Source: Octopus vulgaris
Taxonomy: Eukaryota
Direction: 5' to 3'
NCBI GenBank assembly: GCA_951406725.2
Contig: OX597820.1
Span: 41,540,001-41,604,000, forward strand
DNA length: 64,000 nucleotides
Below, piece by piece: positions 27,953-41,735 of the stretch (positions are counted from its first letter, which is position 1; each line of letters starts with the position of its first letter). The notes beneath the pieces were generated by a model. The model did not search any database, was not told the DNA's origin, and was given only the letters and a program-made list of their open reading frames with translations. The translations under genes were made by a program, and so were the position numbers.

Positions 27953-29124
27953 GAATGGTTATATATCTAAATATATACCCAAGTGAATTAACAGTAAGAG
28001 AAACCTTGTTGTTTGAATTATCCGTAAAAAAAATGAGGAACGGAAATTCGATACCACATTGCTTGTTTGCGAAATGAAGAAAGAAAAAGAATGATTGAAC
28101 AACTGGAAGTAGAGGAAAGAAGAGGGTAAGTGGGAGATAGATGTATAGGAAAGTGTTTTAGTGCATCAAAAAGCCAAGTCAATAAAGGGAAACTACGATA
28201 GTGTGTGTGAGCGAGCGAAAGAGAAAGAGAGAGAGGGGAGAGTGAGAAATAGACAGAGAAGAGAGAGATGGGGAAGCAGACAGAAGGACAAATAGAAAAT
28301 GAGAGAAGAAAACGATGAGATGCAATGAAGACATTTGGCCAGATGGTATGGGAGTTGAGAAAATGAGCAAGGCGGAAGGAACCCGATGGTGGGAAGATTC
28401 AGTAATGGTGGAATATAAAACTTCGACCAGATAAATAGTACAATAAAATGAGAAACATCCGCTTGCATCCTAAACACAAACCAATACAGCTTCGTTGATT
28501 CATATGCTGCGACGTTTTTAAGTTATAGTCACCACTTAGCGCAAGCACTCAAACACAGTGTGCATTTAAATGGGCTGGACATGTTAATTTCCATTGATGT
28601 GAAGTGCAAACCGTAGCGAATTTGTTACAGCTAAAAAGCTATGTACGTGGACAATGTCTCAACGAAAAATATCTCAATAGGGAATACGATAAACGATGAA
28701 CAAAAGGTGGTTCATGTATATGTGTGTGTGTGTGTGTGTGTACAGCTGGGAGAGCAGATGTATATGTTAACGTGTGTGAGAGTCTATGTGTGTGTCTGTG
28801 TGTGACTGTATTGCGCGCGTGTGTCTTTGTGTCTTGCGTGCGCATGAGTGTCCATGTTTGTCTTTCTGCAGAGTTTATACGTAAAAATCAGTCAAACATT
28901 AATTGAAGGATCATTCAACATATTTGAGTACCCAAGTCACTATCAACCCTTCCCCAATACACACACACGGACACACACAAACACACACATATAGTTTATG
29001 TATATGTGTATATATATATATTTACATACTTTTATATGTATATACATAAATATATATATATATACATACATACGTTTATATGTATATATACATAAATATA
29101 TATATATATATATACACACGCACA

Positions 29125-29161
<37 letters not shown>

Positions 29162-30424
29162 GCATACTTATATTTACGTCTATGTATCAATGCATGCTTA
29201 TAGAAGTGATTGCGTGCGCACGCGCGTGTATGTGTGTACCGCACACATAAACACACACACATATACACACGCCCACACATACACACGCCCACGCATACGC
29301 ACACGCACACACATTAATTTGCATAGATCGACGGTGGAAATAGAACAAATATATTGCAATTTCAAAATTACTTGTAAATTTCAGTAACCAAGTAGATTAT
29401 ATAAGGTTAATATTACCATGAATCTCGAAATAAAAGTTCCAGTCTGAAACTATGTGACGACCAGATAAGAAATCAATTGAAACGAGATGTCAATACAAAT
29501 ATCAAAATATATTCCATTTCTACAAAGTGTTTAAATGTTATAAAAATTATAAACTTTTTTTTATTCAGTTTGTTTGCATACCATAGAAAGCATATTACAC
29601 TGCTTTATCCAAATTGTTTCTATTTAATCACGTTATGAAGTATGGATGTCTATATGTCTATATGCTTCGCGTCTTAAAATCTATATTCATAATTATATCA
29701 GCTCATATGTAAATGCTTATTTTTTGTAAATACTTGCAATTATAATTTACTTTTCCGTTCAGGTAGGATCAACAAATATAAAAGTACCTCCTTCAGTGAG
29801 AGATAGATTTCATTTAATGTACACAGTATAAAGATAAGAGCCATTAATAATTTCTTGCTATTGTGACATGCGGTTAGGAAGATTTTTAAAACGTGCCTTG
29901 TCTCTCCAAACTATCTTCTGGTTCTGGGCACATGGTTTGTTCTATTTGAAAGAGAAGACGCTAGTACACGAAATACTACGAGGGAAAACGAGGAGGATGA
30001 TGCAAAAAGTGGAATGAGAAAGCAAATGGTTGACTATAAGCGAAAAAAAGAATGAAAAAAAAACAAGAACTAAATTAGTTACATCCACTTTGACTGTAAA
30101 AATCATTAATAAACTAGCTAGTTTGAATTATGATTTCTATGATGAAGCGGAACAATACCCTAATTTCATTATTTTTCCGTTTCTGACCAGCCATTGTCTT
30201 CACAGCCCATTTTTTTGCATCATCATGCTTCTCATTTTATCTTGTGGTTTCTTATGTACCAGCATTCTGTTTTTTTTTTTAAACAGAACAACTCATGTGT
30301 TCAGAACCCAAAGATTGTTTGGAGATACAAGGCCCGTTATAAAACTCTGGCTAACCACGTGCCCCAATGGAAAGAAACAATTAGTTACTTGTGTTTTAAT
30401 ACAGTGTATAGTAAATGCATATAT

Positions 30425-30695
30425 AATTGACTGGCACCCCGTCGCTTACGACGACAAAGTTCCAATTGATCCGATCAACGGAACAGCCTACTGAGCACTC
30501 CACAAACGTAATTCTCAGGAAGATTCCGCGTGACACTGAGTGTGACATTGCTGGCCATTTGCATTACAAGTACTACTCATTTTTGTCAGCTGTGTGAACT
30601 GCAGCAACGTGAAATAAAGTGTCTTGCTCAAGGACACAACGCGCCGCCGGGAATCGAACACGTGACGAATACCCTAACCTCTAAGTCATGCGCCT
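30425..30695 (-). mobile_element. SINE family C copy
   Basis: Homologous to 18660-18976; the minus strand has GTTCGATTCCC (B box) and CCTTGAGCAAGACAC. Confidence 0.8.
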
Positions 30696-31259
30696 TCAAA
30701 CTTCCATATAAACTTGCAGAAAATACATTGTAAAAATTTTCTTTTTTGCACTGCGGAAAGATTTAGAAATTTTAATTATTCTACAATCTATAGATATTGG
30801 CTTTATTTCTTTCAAGAATTCCGTCTTAACTTCATTTCGATAAATATAAAACGTTCATAAATTATATATGTTTACAACGACTAAGATATTTCATTTTATG
30901 TTGCACTAAAATATTTCTTATGTACTTCTTGTTTCTTTCGAGATGGATGAGTGCTTCACCAAGTGGAAAGCTGTCATTGGTCCGTTGTATTGGATGAAGC
31001 TGAAGCTGTAGCAGAGCAAAAATGGCAAGAAACTGCCAATAAGACAAAGTATGGTTGTAAGACATTAATATGGACAGATGAATCTTACTTTGATGATGGT
31101 TTATTATAAAGAGGAGTGGAAAGGTCCTAAAAGTAACAGCCTTGATTATATATATAAAAAAAAATGTAAAATACAAAAAAGAAATACAACAAAGATCTAA
31201 ACATGTTATATCTTGATATAATATCTGACCCTCAACTAATTAACCTTGGCACTACACTT

Positions 31260-31570
31260 TTCGAACCTGCCAAGAAGGCACTCATGTCTACAACGAATAT
31301 CCATGACAGGCTGTCATTATGCCAAAAGTACAACCACTGGACATGTTAACAATGATGGTGTGGTTAAGATTACATTTCTATGAAACCACGCAATTTACGA
31401 CTTCGTCCAAGTGTCAAATTTACAATCGAAGATAAAAAGAAAATTGCAAAAATCCCTATTGTGTACATGACTTCAGAAAATCAGGGAGCTTCATGTGGGG
31501 ATGCCTAAAGACGCCATAATAAGTGCCAAACAGTAAAGCTCCGTCTTTCATAATAGTATGGGGTCATGTA
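31260..31570 (+). mobile_element. Highly decayed Tc1-like transposase fragment
   Basis: In-frame PAKKALMSTTNIHDRLSLCQKYNHWT, followed by degenerate FSDET-like and TVK..IIVWG motifs. Confidence 0.55.
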
Positions 31571-31719
31571 TAAGCATTTTTGTTATAACGACTTACAAAT
31601 TTAAGGTCTGGATATAATCTTGTAATCATTAATAAACAATTAAAACCACACGATTTTTGTTCTAGACCAAATCCAGAAGTGAATGAATTTGGAAAATATT
31701 TGCGATAAATTATAACCAG

Positions 31720-31870
31720 CAATTTTTCAAAGGGGTGAATTATTTAATGACTCTTGAGAGATGAACAGGGACGTTGACAGGATTTGATCTCAAGACGTAA
31801 AGAGACGATACTAAATACCACAAGGCATTTTATCCGATGCTCTCACAATTCTACCAATTCATCACCTTCA
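31720..31870 (-). mobile_element. Degenerate family A-like SINE
   Basis: gatttgatctcaagacgtaaagagacgatactaaataccacaaggcattttatccgatgctctcacaattctaccaattcatcacc parallels the reverse complement of the family A head. Confidence 0.55.
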
Positions 31871-32417
31871 TTGCAAGTGAAACTATTTTGGAAGAATTGA
31901 TAGCTTAATGGCATTCAACTTTTGTAAGGGTGTATAACTGTATGCGCAAAATCTACGTCCGAATTCATAGTTGCTGTACAATATGTTTTCAAAAACATCT
32001 AATTTTGTTTAATTTTGTGTATAGTGTATTTGTCAATCCGTTTGACTATCACAGAACAATGAAAATGTGTGCTTTTCATTTATAATTATTAATTATAAAC
32101 TTCTATAGATCTTCCACTTTGTAGCTTAAACATCGTATCTAAATAAATATATTTGATGTTTATGAATCTTCGTCCACTTTTTAAATACAAAATTACAGGC
32201 GAGTGTGATAGTGGAGGGAATCGACCCGGTACGTAATCAGTGCTTATTCTATAGATCCAGGAAAGGTAAAAAGTAACGTCTACCAAGCTAAATTGCATCA
32301 CAATCTCTACTATTTTTCCTATAACAAAAAACAAAAACAAACAATACAAAAGTTATGTAGAAACAACATGCAGATAAACAAAACACTAAAGGATATTTTG
32401 AGTTTAAAGGTACTTAC

Positions 32418-32561
32418 AGCACGATAGGTACGTTTCTGTCCCGCATGCTTCCCACCGCGTCCGTCCATTTCAACATGGACTCCATGAATAATATCAAAGA
32501 AATCCTCCACCATAGCCACCCGCTTATAACCTTTATCAATTTCACTGCAATTTGGATCATT
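32418..32561 (-). CDS. NOL4: Internal coding exon of a nucleolar protein 4 (NOL4/NOL4L) family gene, 48 aa: NDPNCSEIDKGYKRVAMVEDFFDIIHGVHVEMDGRGGKHAGQKRTYRA
   Basis: The peptide closely matches the conserved NOL4 N-terminal motif as I recall it (RRVAVVEDFFDIIYSMHVE...KHAGQKRTYKA). On the minus strand it has a polypyrimidine acceptor ttttactttcttccAG ending at 32562 and a GTAAGT donor starting at 32417. It is 144 nt, phase 0/0. Flanking exons were not found in the window. Confidence 0.9.
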
Positions 32562-34152
32562 CTGGAAGAAAGTAAAATAAAAGGAATGTAGCAACAATAA
32601 CAACAACAACAGCAACAACAATAATAAAGATAATAATAATAATAATAATGATAATAATAAAAATGATAATAATAATGCCTTACAAAGGAATAAGGTTACC
32701 CACTTTGAAAGAAGAGAAGAGTGTGATCGATTTCATATATTGACCCTACTATTGGACAAGTTCTTTTTTTTTAAAGATGAATGAATAAAAGTTTTAATCC
32801 TTATTTTTGTAAAGTCACGGGCCTACAGACATCTGCGTCCCTTACAAGCAGTCCTTCAATGCTTACTTTCAATTATACTTCTGTGAATGCTCCTATTTTC
32901 CCACCAGTTGCAAAATATCTTTTTAACAATAGAGTTCGGCATGTATCCTATCCAGTTTTGTCTTTTGCTAATACCACAACACGAATCGTTCACGATTCTA
33001 TCTACTAAACAGGTTTTGGTGGAGGGATTCTGCACCACTAAGTGAGAGTCACTATGGACTCTCGAGCCAGGCGTCGATATCCATCGTCTCTATTCCGTTG
33101 TTTCTGGCGAACAACTCAGCAAAGTGCAGTTGAAAACTGCACAAAACAGAATGGAATTGGAGAGTACGATCCTGCTTGCAGGCTTAGTGGATATGTATGT
33201 CAGAGGCCTAGCTTGGATTTGTTGCCAAGCTGTGCCATGTACATCCATGGAACGTTTTCTTTCCCTCGCATTTCCACAATTGTTACTTTAGAATTTATAA
33301 GAAAAGGATAACAACAAATATAGGAACAAAATATCAGAACTTAAATTTAAAATATATAAAATAGCTCTGTCAGGCACACTGCTTATATATTATGTACAAT
33401 ACTTACAATACAATAGGAAAAACACAATAAACAAAAGACCTCACTAGGCCCAAGGCACACAGAGCTGCACAGTTGCGTAATGGAAGCACGCAATGAAATA
33501 ATATCACAGATGAAGATGGTGATGAGGAGGGATGATGATAAAGTTATGAAGGAGGCAATGACAAAGAAAAACAGCACTTTCCAAGAATAGTAATTCTAAC
33601 AATAACAATGGTTTACCTTGAACGCACATACGCAAACCATATATATATATATTATATACACATACACACAGACATGTGTATGTGCATGTGTGTGAAATAT
33701 TTCCACATATTTAATCCCAGGATGTGTATAGATACCATGTCTTAGCATTTTGTTTCGAAAATGAAGAACAAAGAAAAAATATAAAGAGATCTAAAAAAGA
33801 CACACACTGCTTAATCGTCACAAATCCTGCTAAATATGAATAGATTTGCTGATTTTGACACGTGTATAAAATAAACACCGCGGTTGATTGAAGAACTTTA
33901 TACAACTGCTAAAATATGCTTGCGTGTCTACAATATGTGTGTCTTAGGGATACGTCTGTATATATATAAATATATATATAGACATAAAAATGATAGTTTT
34001 AGAGTTGTCTGGAGACAGAGAATAAAATGAAGTATATGCATTCAAACACACACGAATGTATGTACACGTATCCATACGTATCTGTGCACGAGTGCTTATT
34101 TATCAAGATCTCTATATATCTATATATCTATCTCGCTCTCTGTCTCTGTCTG

Positions 34153-34184
<32 letters not shown>

Positions 34185-34185
34185 A

Positions 34186-34271
<86 letters not shown>

Positions 34272-34272
34272 G

Positions 34273-35163
34273 ATATGGTGTGTGAGGGATATTAGTGAAC
34301 AACCTAATTATCAGTATATTACTCTTACTCGCTTCAGACTATATAAATGGTTATGTTTGTAAGATCCTCAATGCCAGATAAAATGCTAACACAGGAAATG
34401 AAAAGACATGCAATTTTTATCATACATGCAGAACACATTGATTCAAAATTTGTCACGCTTTCTAAACGCTGCTTGATGTTTTAGAGGTCGAATAGAATTG
34501 GAAGCCTCTGATGAGAATGTTCGACTATCTAGAAAATAATAAAGGCATTGTAAAATTTCGGAGACAATACAGTTGATCCAGCAGGCACAATACATTATGG
34601 ACGATGATATCGGGAAATTTAGTGAGGGCCATCGTCCAAGATCTTAAGGTGCCGGATTTGACCATCCGAAATGCACGAAAACATTCGATATAAGTATATA
34701 TGAGAGGCCAATTCATGTCTGCAACGACTCAGGAAATAGTTTGATCCGTGCTAACACTAACTAAAACATGGGTGTGTGACGATCAATCTAACGCCTCTCC
34801 TGAATATTCCTTACTAAGTTTCTAGAACTGTGATGGTTTTATGAGTGGTAAGTAGAGAAAGTCATGCCATGCTAACTAAAATCTTCCAACGGGGTCTGAG
34901 AGTTAATTAATCCTGCTGCATATGTTAAGATACTGGTGACAGCTATTTAAGCCCAGAATAGTTGAAGCACGCAGTTGAAGACCAATCATGTTTCAACAAG
35001 AGTCAGTATCTTCTCACAAAATCGACTTCACCTAAGACTAGGTGACAAGCAATCCTTTTCGACCATGTAAGAAAATTGTTATTAAAATGCTTTTATTTTA
35101 TTTCTAGATTAGATTTGATATAGTAAATATTTAAATGTCCATAAATACCTCTCGCACCATGTA
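34273..35163 (+). mobile_element. Decayed maT (DD37D)-like Tc1/mariner element
   Basis: Fragments RGQFMSATTQE, TVMVL*VVSRESHAM..IFQRGLRVN, AAYVKILVTA and RPIMFQQESVSSHK. Degenerate TIRs at ~34273-34301 and TGTCCATAAATACCTCTCGCACCATGTA ending 35163, resembling the 14566 TIR. Confidence 0.7.
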
Positions 35164-35289
35164 TGTGTACATACATACATACATACATACATACATACAT
35201 ACATACATACATACACATATATATATATATGCAGACAGACATATATATATATATATGCAGACAGACAGACATATATATATGTGTGTGTC

Positions 35290-35336
<47 letters not shown>

Positions 35337-35904
35337 GTACAGACACATATACGTAAGCCGTGATGTGTATAACATTTATAATACTTGTATATATACTGTG
35401 TTTCAACATGACTTGGTCTTCTCAGTGACGAACACCATCGAAAGTTTTGAGCTACACCGGAATGTTCGTTCCGAAATAGAAACCAGCAAACAAAGTATTC
35501 ACAAATGTGCACGAGGTTGACACATTAGAAGATAGATATTTACAGTGGTGACTCTATATACACAAAGTAACATAATCAATGCATCGTGAAATATTTGATG
35601 AAATTAGATTTTGGTCATACACATAGAATTTCTTTAATATTTTAGAACCACATACATGTTCTTTACGCTAGACTTCATATAACTGAGTCTGAAATATCCG
35701 AAAGAGAGGATGTACGTTTGGCTCGGAAAAGGAATGTAATTGTCTGAAAGAGGGATTTAGTTTTAAAGAGGAATATTTTTGAAAATTTATTAAGATAAAT
35801 TAGGGCATTTCTCAGTAAAGAAGAACACAGAACTCTTCATTTGCCACTTTCTGTTATATCAAGGAAAGGAAAGAAGAAAAATATATCGAAAAAAGAATGC
35901 GAGA

Positions 35905-35988
<84 letters not shown>

Positions 35989-36619
35989 ATATCGTGATAG
36001 AAAGAAAAGGTATAACATGTATAACATTTGAAGTTATTTGCTTTGGTTAAATTGAAACATTAGTTATTTAGATTTGAATCATCCATGCAATATAACTGCC
36101 ACCATTTGAGAATTCAGTCTGTTAGTATTTGAAGTGACTATCGTGAGAAAATCGGAGAAATATATTAAAGTGTAATGTACTTTATTATTTAAAATATTAC
36201 GACTCTGTATTTATAATGATGTCAATATGTGACATTTATACATTCTTGTCTACTCTTTGAGAATAAAGAAAGTGAGATTAGATAAAGGATTTTGCGATTG
36301 GATCTCTGGTTGCCTTCGTTTGTTCTACGTCTTGTGCTACATAGAATTTCAATATATTAAACAGTTTTTACTGAATTAGATGATCTGAAGATTCTTTTGA
36401 TGCCTTTTACTAAATTATTCTATAATTCATATCGCATGACACAGTTACAAAATATCAATATATTATATAATAAAATCTATTTAGTAAGATTATCATATTA
36501 GAACATTGATATTTAATTCCATCATTACTGAGAACAATTTCATCAATCTCTCACGTACCAATATATAATCAGTAATGCAATATATTAATCTAATATACAT
36601 AATTAGCAAATATAAATAT

Positions 36620-36980
36620 TTTGGCTTCACCAGGAAATGAAGCAGTACCACGTTTCCTTCAATGTGATTGAATGCTTTATCCTATATCTTCCAGTTACAT
36701 TAACTGTTGGAATTATCTTACTAAAATGAAGTCGCCATACTATCCTGCAGCTTTAAAATATCCGTAGGGATTCATGAAAACCCCTGATAAATATGCTGAA
36801 CATGGCCTTATTCTATCACATGCTTATCCGGCAAGAACTCCACTGACCAAAATTAAATTTTATATGCTTACAAGAACTAACCTGCTTCCTCTCTTCATGA
36901 ACTGCCTACCCCTGTATTTATGGATGTAAGCCATTCCATGTTGTTGCTTTTACTGTGTTTATGACATTACAGTTCATGTT
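36620..36980 (-). mobile_element. Possible very old LINE (CR1/L2-like) RT remnant
   Basis: Faint minus-strand fragments VSGV..G and MFSIFI resembling SGVPQGSVLGPLLFSIFI; heavily disrupted. Confidence 0.25.
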
Positions 36981-38009
36981 AATAAATAATGACTGAACGC
37001 ATATTTCTTCATATGACATTTATGTTTTGACAACAGTTGTATTTCTTTTACCAAAGCAATTCGGTCACCTGCAACATTTTACCACTGATTATTAAGTTAT
37101 GAACTACAGTACTTCTAGTGAACGTTTTGTAGTTCATATTTATTTCGTAGGAATGACGGAAAAATTGATCAAATTCATGAAAAATACTCGTCATGTTTTT
37201 ATTTTTTAATTTACAACTTCCCTACTGTGCTATAATAAACAATATATTTTTTAATATTATAGAATTTTCAAAAATATCAAACATGATCGTTTATGCCACC
37301 CGGCCTATGATATGTAATCACTAAATCTCCTATGATGCAAGCTTTAAAATGGAAAAAAAAGCTACAATAATTAGATCTTGTCTAGCAAAACCACCGATGG
37401 TGGTTTAATATTTTGGAGTTTTTCAATATTACTCATACTAATTTTATTTATTGTGACTGAAGGATTGTATAGCAGCCCCCAGTGAATTTCAGTCCTTTCA
37501 CCAATAAAAGGTCTTGGTGGTAAGTTGAGCAACACAAACCCACTGTGGAGCTTCTGAATGCTCTCTACACATGCCAAATATTACGTAAAAATATTACTCA
37601 AATCACGCCCATCCGTGTTAAATAAGGATAGATATATAGTGTATTGTGCATTCTTAGATGTCTTCAAATGAGAGGATAGTTGCGGTTAATAAGCAGTTGA
37701 TAAATTTAGAATTGATCTGGGGCTAAAATACTAAAACAACACGACCTACATTATTTGGAGACAGATACATAATTCAAATTAGTACTTAAAAAAGCCAGAA
37801 TAACGATAGTTTAATACAACTTGAATAGCGTTTCAGTACAAAAGTTAATCTTTTGTTGATTCAAATCAAGTGCTCACTTTCGATTGCTCAGTTTAAAACA
37901 ATTCCTTTATTTCACTTCTTTGATATTTTAACAAATGCATTCACATTGAAAAAGAATGGTTAGTGTTCACTGTCTTTGGGAAAGCTACAACAGGAATTGA
38001 GATTATTCT

Positions 38010-38572
38010 TCCTTGACGTTATCCGAAAGTCGTATCAATCTCATACAATATGACACACCGATCCACCAAATATAGAAAGGATTTACTTAGAATATTTAAA
38101 GATTTTTATTTAAACATATGTACACATACTAAGTTAACGTTGGCCAGTCTTCTGGACAATAACACAAGGCTTAACCACAAGCAAAGTCTACCGTACATAA
38201 TGACAAATATAGACACCATACAGGTACGTACAGAAAAATTCTAACCATCCCTCAGATGTAATTACAATCCTCAACACCGGAATAAATAAGCGAATCGCTT
38301 TTCTATTTCCAGATAAAGAAATCTTTAATAGAGACGGCTCATACTATTACGACGCGCTAGAAGGAAGTAGCTCTATCGAGACTAGTATACATGAAGCTTC
38401 TACACAGACACACGCACAAACGCACGCTCGCGCACACACACGCACACATACACATAAACACACACACACACACACAAACCAAAAAAGAATTTGGAAGAGG
38501 AAGATAATCTAATATAATCCATATTTCAATTTGGATATTACCACTGACAGAGCCAGAAAATTTCTAGCTTTA
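38010..38572 (+). mobile_element. Penelope-like retroelement remnant (RT thumb/linker region)
   Basis: RKDLLRIFKDFYLNI..LLD, then KNSNHPSDVITILNTGINKRIAFLFPDKEIFNRDGSYYYDALEGS, then RKII*YNPYFNLDITTDRARKFLAL. These match the SNHP and IIWFNPP motifs of invertebrate PLEs; a (CA)n tract interrupts the linker. Confidence 0.8.
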
Positions 38573-40665
38573 GGCTGACAACGATTGTTAACAGCCGTTT
38601 CGTTAAATTTAGCGAATCCTTCGGGAACAAAATGGTTTCGCAAAGCACGCATTGCAACTGAAAACCCGCAAGCAACCGCAGTATCGAATAAACATTTTGT
38701 ATTTGTTAAAATAAAGGATCCTGTGTTGAGTTTTGGAAGCAATGATATAACAAGTACTTACAACAAGCTGGAGTTACTCAAAAGATTTTCTCACAGAACT
38801 AACCATTTTTTGAAAGCTCAATATTATAGTTAGCTATAGCAATTCAAACCAAGGGACAGCGAAAATCTATCATACTTGTCCCAAATTGCCATGAAACAGA
38901 GTCCTGGGACTGGATCACATTCTAATGACATGCAGCATTGTTAATAAAACTTCAATGATTAAAAGAAAGTGTTGGATTTCCGTAACCAAAATCTTGTAGC
39001 TGTTAAAATATCCAAGTAATATCTATCGGAACCGGTCGTGAGTATTAACTGTTTACTGTCATTGGAGTAAAGTTCTCTTGAACAGCCTCCACATGCTAGA
39101 AGATTCAAGAATCACCAATCCAACGTAGCAAACAACAAATCAAAAAGGTCGCGTAGCACACACACATTAAATTTAATAATCATCACTGTATAGTTGTCCT
39201 CTAACGACTAAACACTTACATTTTTCCTTACACATTATGACTCGACGCCAGTTACCGATATTTTCAATGTGTCTTATATTCGATCAACAATACGACCAAT
39301 GAAAATCGTTCCAACTGGCGTGATGAGGAGACAAGTCAGCTATTCCCCAAATATTATCTTTTGCGCACGAAACTGAAAAACACAATGGTATGATCATCAA
39401 CTGATTCACACAAACACCCACAAATATACGTACGCATATATGTAATTATGTATGTGTGGATATGTGTGCGATTATTTATGGTTGCAATTTATCCGTGGTC
39501 TCAGATGAACCATATTTCTTTCTCTTATCCTGTGGCTCCTAAGAGAACAGCTTCTTAGAATTATTGTTGCTGTTGCTATTTCTACCACTACTGCCATTGT
39601 TACTATTATTATTGTTCGTGGTGATGGCAATGTTTGTTTGAATGCTTGTTTGTTTTTGGTCACTTTTAATACGTCAAATCTATAATCTCTGTCTACCATA
39701 GATTCCTCTCTAATCCGTTCGCTTGTTGGTTTGCCAATCATTTTATAACCCTTAATCCGTTCTAAGAATATATCCTTCGACTGTTTTATCTACCGACCAA
39801 CTTACCTACCTACCTACCTACCTACCTAAATTCCTCCATCCTTTCTTCCCTTCCTCTCTACCTACCTCCCTACCGAACTCCCAGTCTCCCAACTCCCTCC
39901 CTACCTACATAGCTACCTACCTACCTTCCTCTATACTATACATGAATACATACATCTCTCTCTCTTTCTCTCTCTATCTATCTATCTATCTACCAATGTG
40001 TGTGAATGTGTGCGCACGCGTACACGCGTGCGTCATTTATTCATGCTTCCAATATATCTTTCTTTTAGTCTATTGAAGAATGTCATTAATCTGTTTATCT
40101 GAAGATTTGACAATATTCAAACCTTTTGCTCTCTTTTTCTTCCATATTTCACCATCATCATCGTCATCATCATCTCCCCCCCCCCCCCGCAACAACAACA
40201 ACAACAACGACGGCGACAACTCCGCCGCCAATGCCGTTGGCACCACCATAATAATAATAATAATAATATTAATAATAATAATAATAATGATAATAATAAT
40301 AATAATGATAATAACAGGAAGAAGAATCGTGTCCAGGCATACTCTTCCTCTTCAAAATCATCATGATCATCGACTTGTTAGTTGTCAAAGGCCATCATCA
40401 TAGGTGTTCTCTGGTTCCCTCTCATTTACATCTACCCCTTGACTACATCATCAGTCACAACAGTAACATCAGCGTTTCATTTGCTGCCCTCCACCCCCGT
40501 TTTCCACGCATTCCTATCTATCACCCTTATAATCGTTATAGTCGTCGTAGTCGTCATCGAAGTCCTCATCGAGAGGGAGGTGGGAAGAGGAGGAGAAATC
40601 ATTATCTTCCACGTCCTACCCCCCTCCTCATAACCACTAACATTAGCACCAAAAGCACCGCCACC

Positions 40666-40697
<32 letters not shown>

Positions 40698-41524
40698 CAA
40701 CAACAAGAACTTCCACTTCTTCCCACTGCTTCCTTCTCCACCTGCATTTCTCCGTCTTGAACTTTAGTCAACGTTCTCGGAGACGTCTTCGTCGCCTACG
40801 ACGTAACCGTAGCTACTATTGGGATTATCATCTTTACTTTTTCTTCTTCGATTTCCTTTTTTTTCTCTTTTATTTCAAACCAATCTGATTTCAGGTAGAA
40901 AAAAATAGTTTTGAGTAAAGAATATATAAAGTGTGTAAGTCGATCTATGCCTGGATTACCTCAGAGTGTGAAGGGAGAAAGTTTACAACTTGTGTGTGTG
41001 TGTGTATAGGTGCAGGTTTTGTTAGCGTGTGCGCATGTGTCTGCCTATACAGCCATCCACCCATCCATAATCCATCCATCCATACATACATAAATACATA
41101 CATACATACATAAATACATGCACACATACATACATATATATACATACACACACATACATACTTGTATACATACATGCACTTGTGTGTGAATACGTGAACT
41201 TCATCGTTTCTTTGTGTTTATGCTTGCATGAGTATTTGTGTAACCAACAATGTATAAGTATATGGTAGTTATATACTGATGTGGATGTGTGTATGACTGT
41301 ACATGTCAGTATGGTTGGTGGCATACATGCAGAATAAAATGGATGTTGTGTCAGGAAGATTATTTGTGCAGATGTATGTGTGCATGTTGAAAATATATGG
41401 TACTACGAGGACTAATATACAATTTGGTATCAGTATGCGCACAATCAAAACTATAGTGTTGTAGAAATCGTCGACGCGATATCAACATCGACACAGAAAT
41501 GCATACAGATACATGTGCGCATAT

Positions 41525-41735
41525 ACTCCAGACACACATACACACATACCCGCACACACACTCACTGCTTCGTACCGCGTCACATATACAAACACATAAA
41601 CATGCATGTATCTACGAGGATGCGTTTCGAGAAGCATATACCAATATTTGCGTACTTCTGCGTATGTGAATGTGTATATGTATATATGTGTATATAGCGG
41701 GAGTTTACTTTTTGTGTGTGAGTATATATATGCAC
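41525..41735 (-). repeat. Unclassified repeat F, copy 2 (inverted relative to 27696-27952)
   Basis: The reverse complement reads GCAGAAGTACGCAAATATTGGTATATGCTTCTCGAAACGCATC...GTGACGCGGTACGAAGCA. Confidence 0.8.

Noticed and set aside
32319-32621. The full 100-aa ORF as a stand-alone gene
   Set aside because: Only the central 48 codons are conserved and bounded by splice sites; the poly-L start and the tail are intronic.
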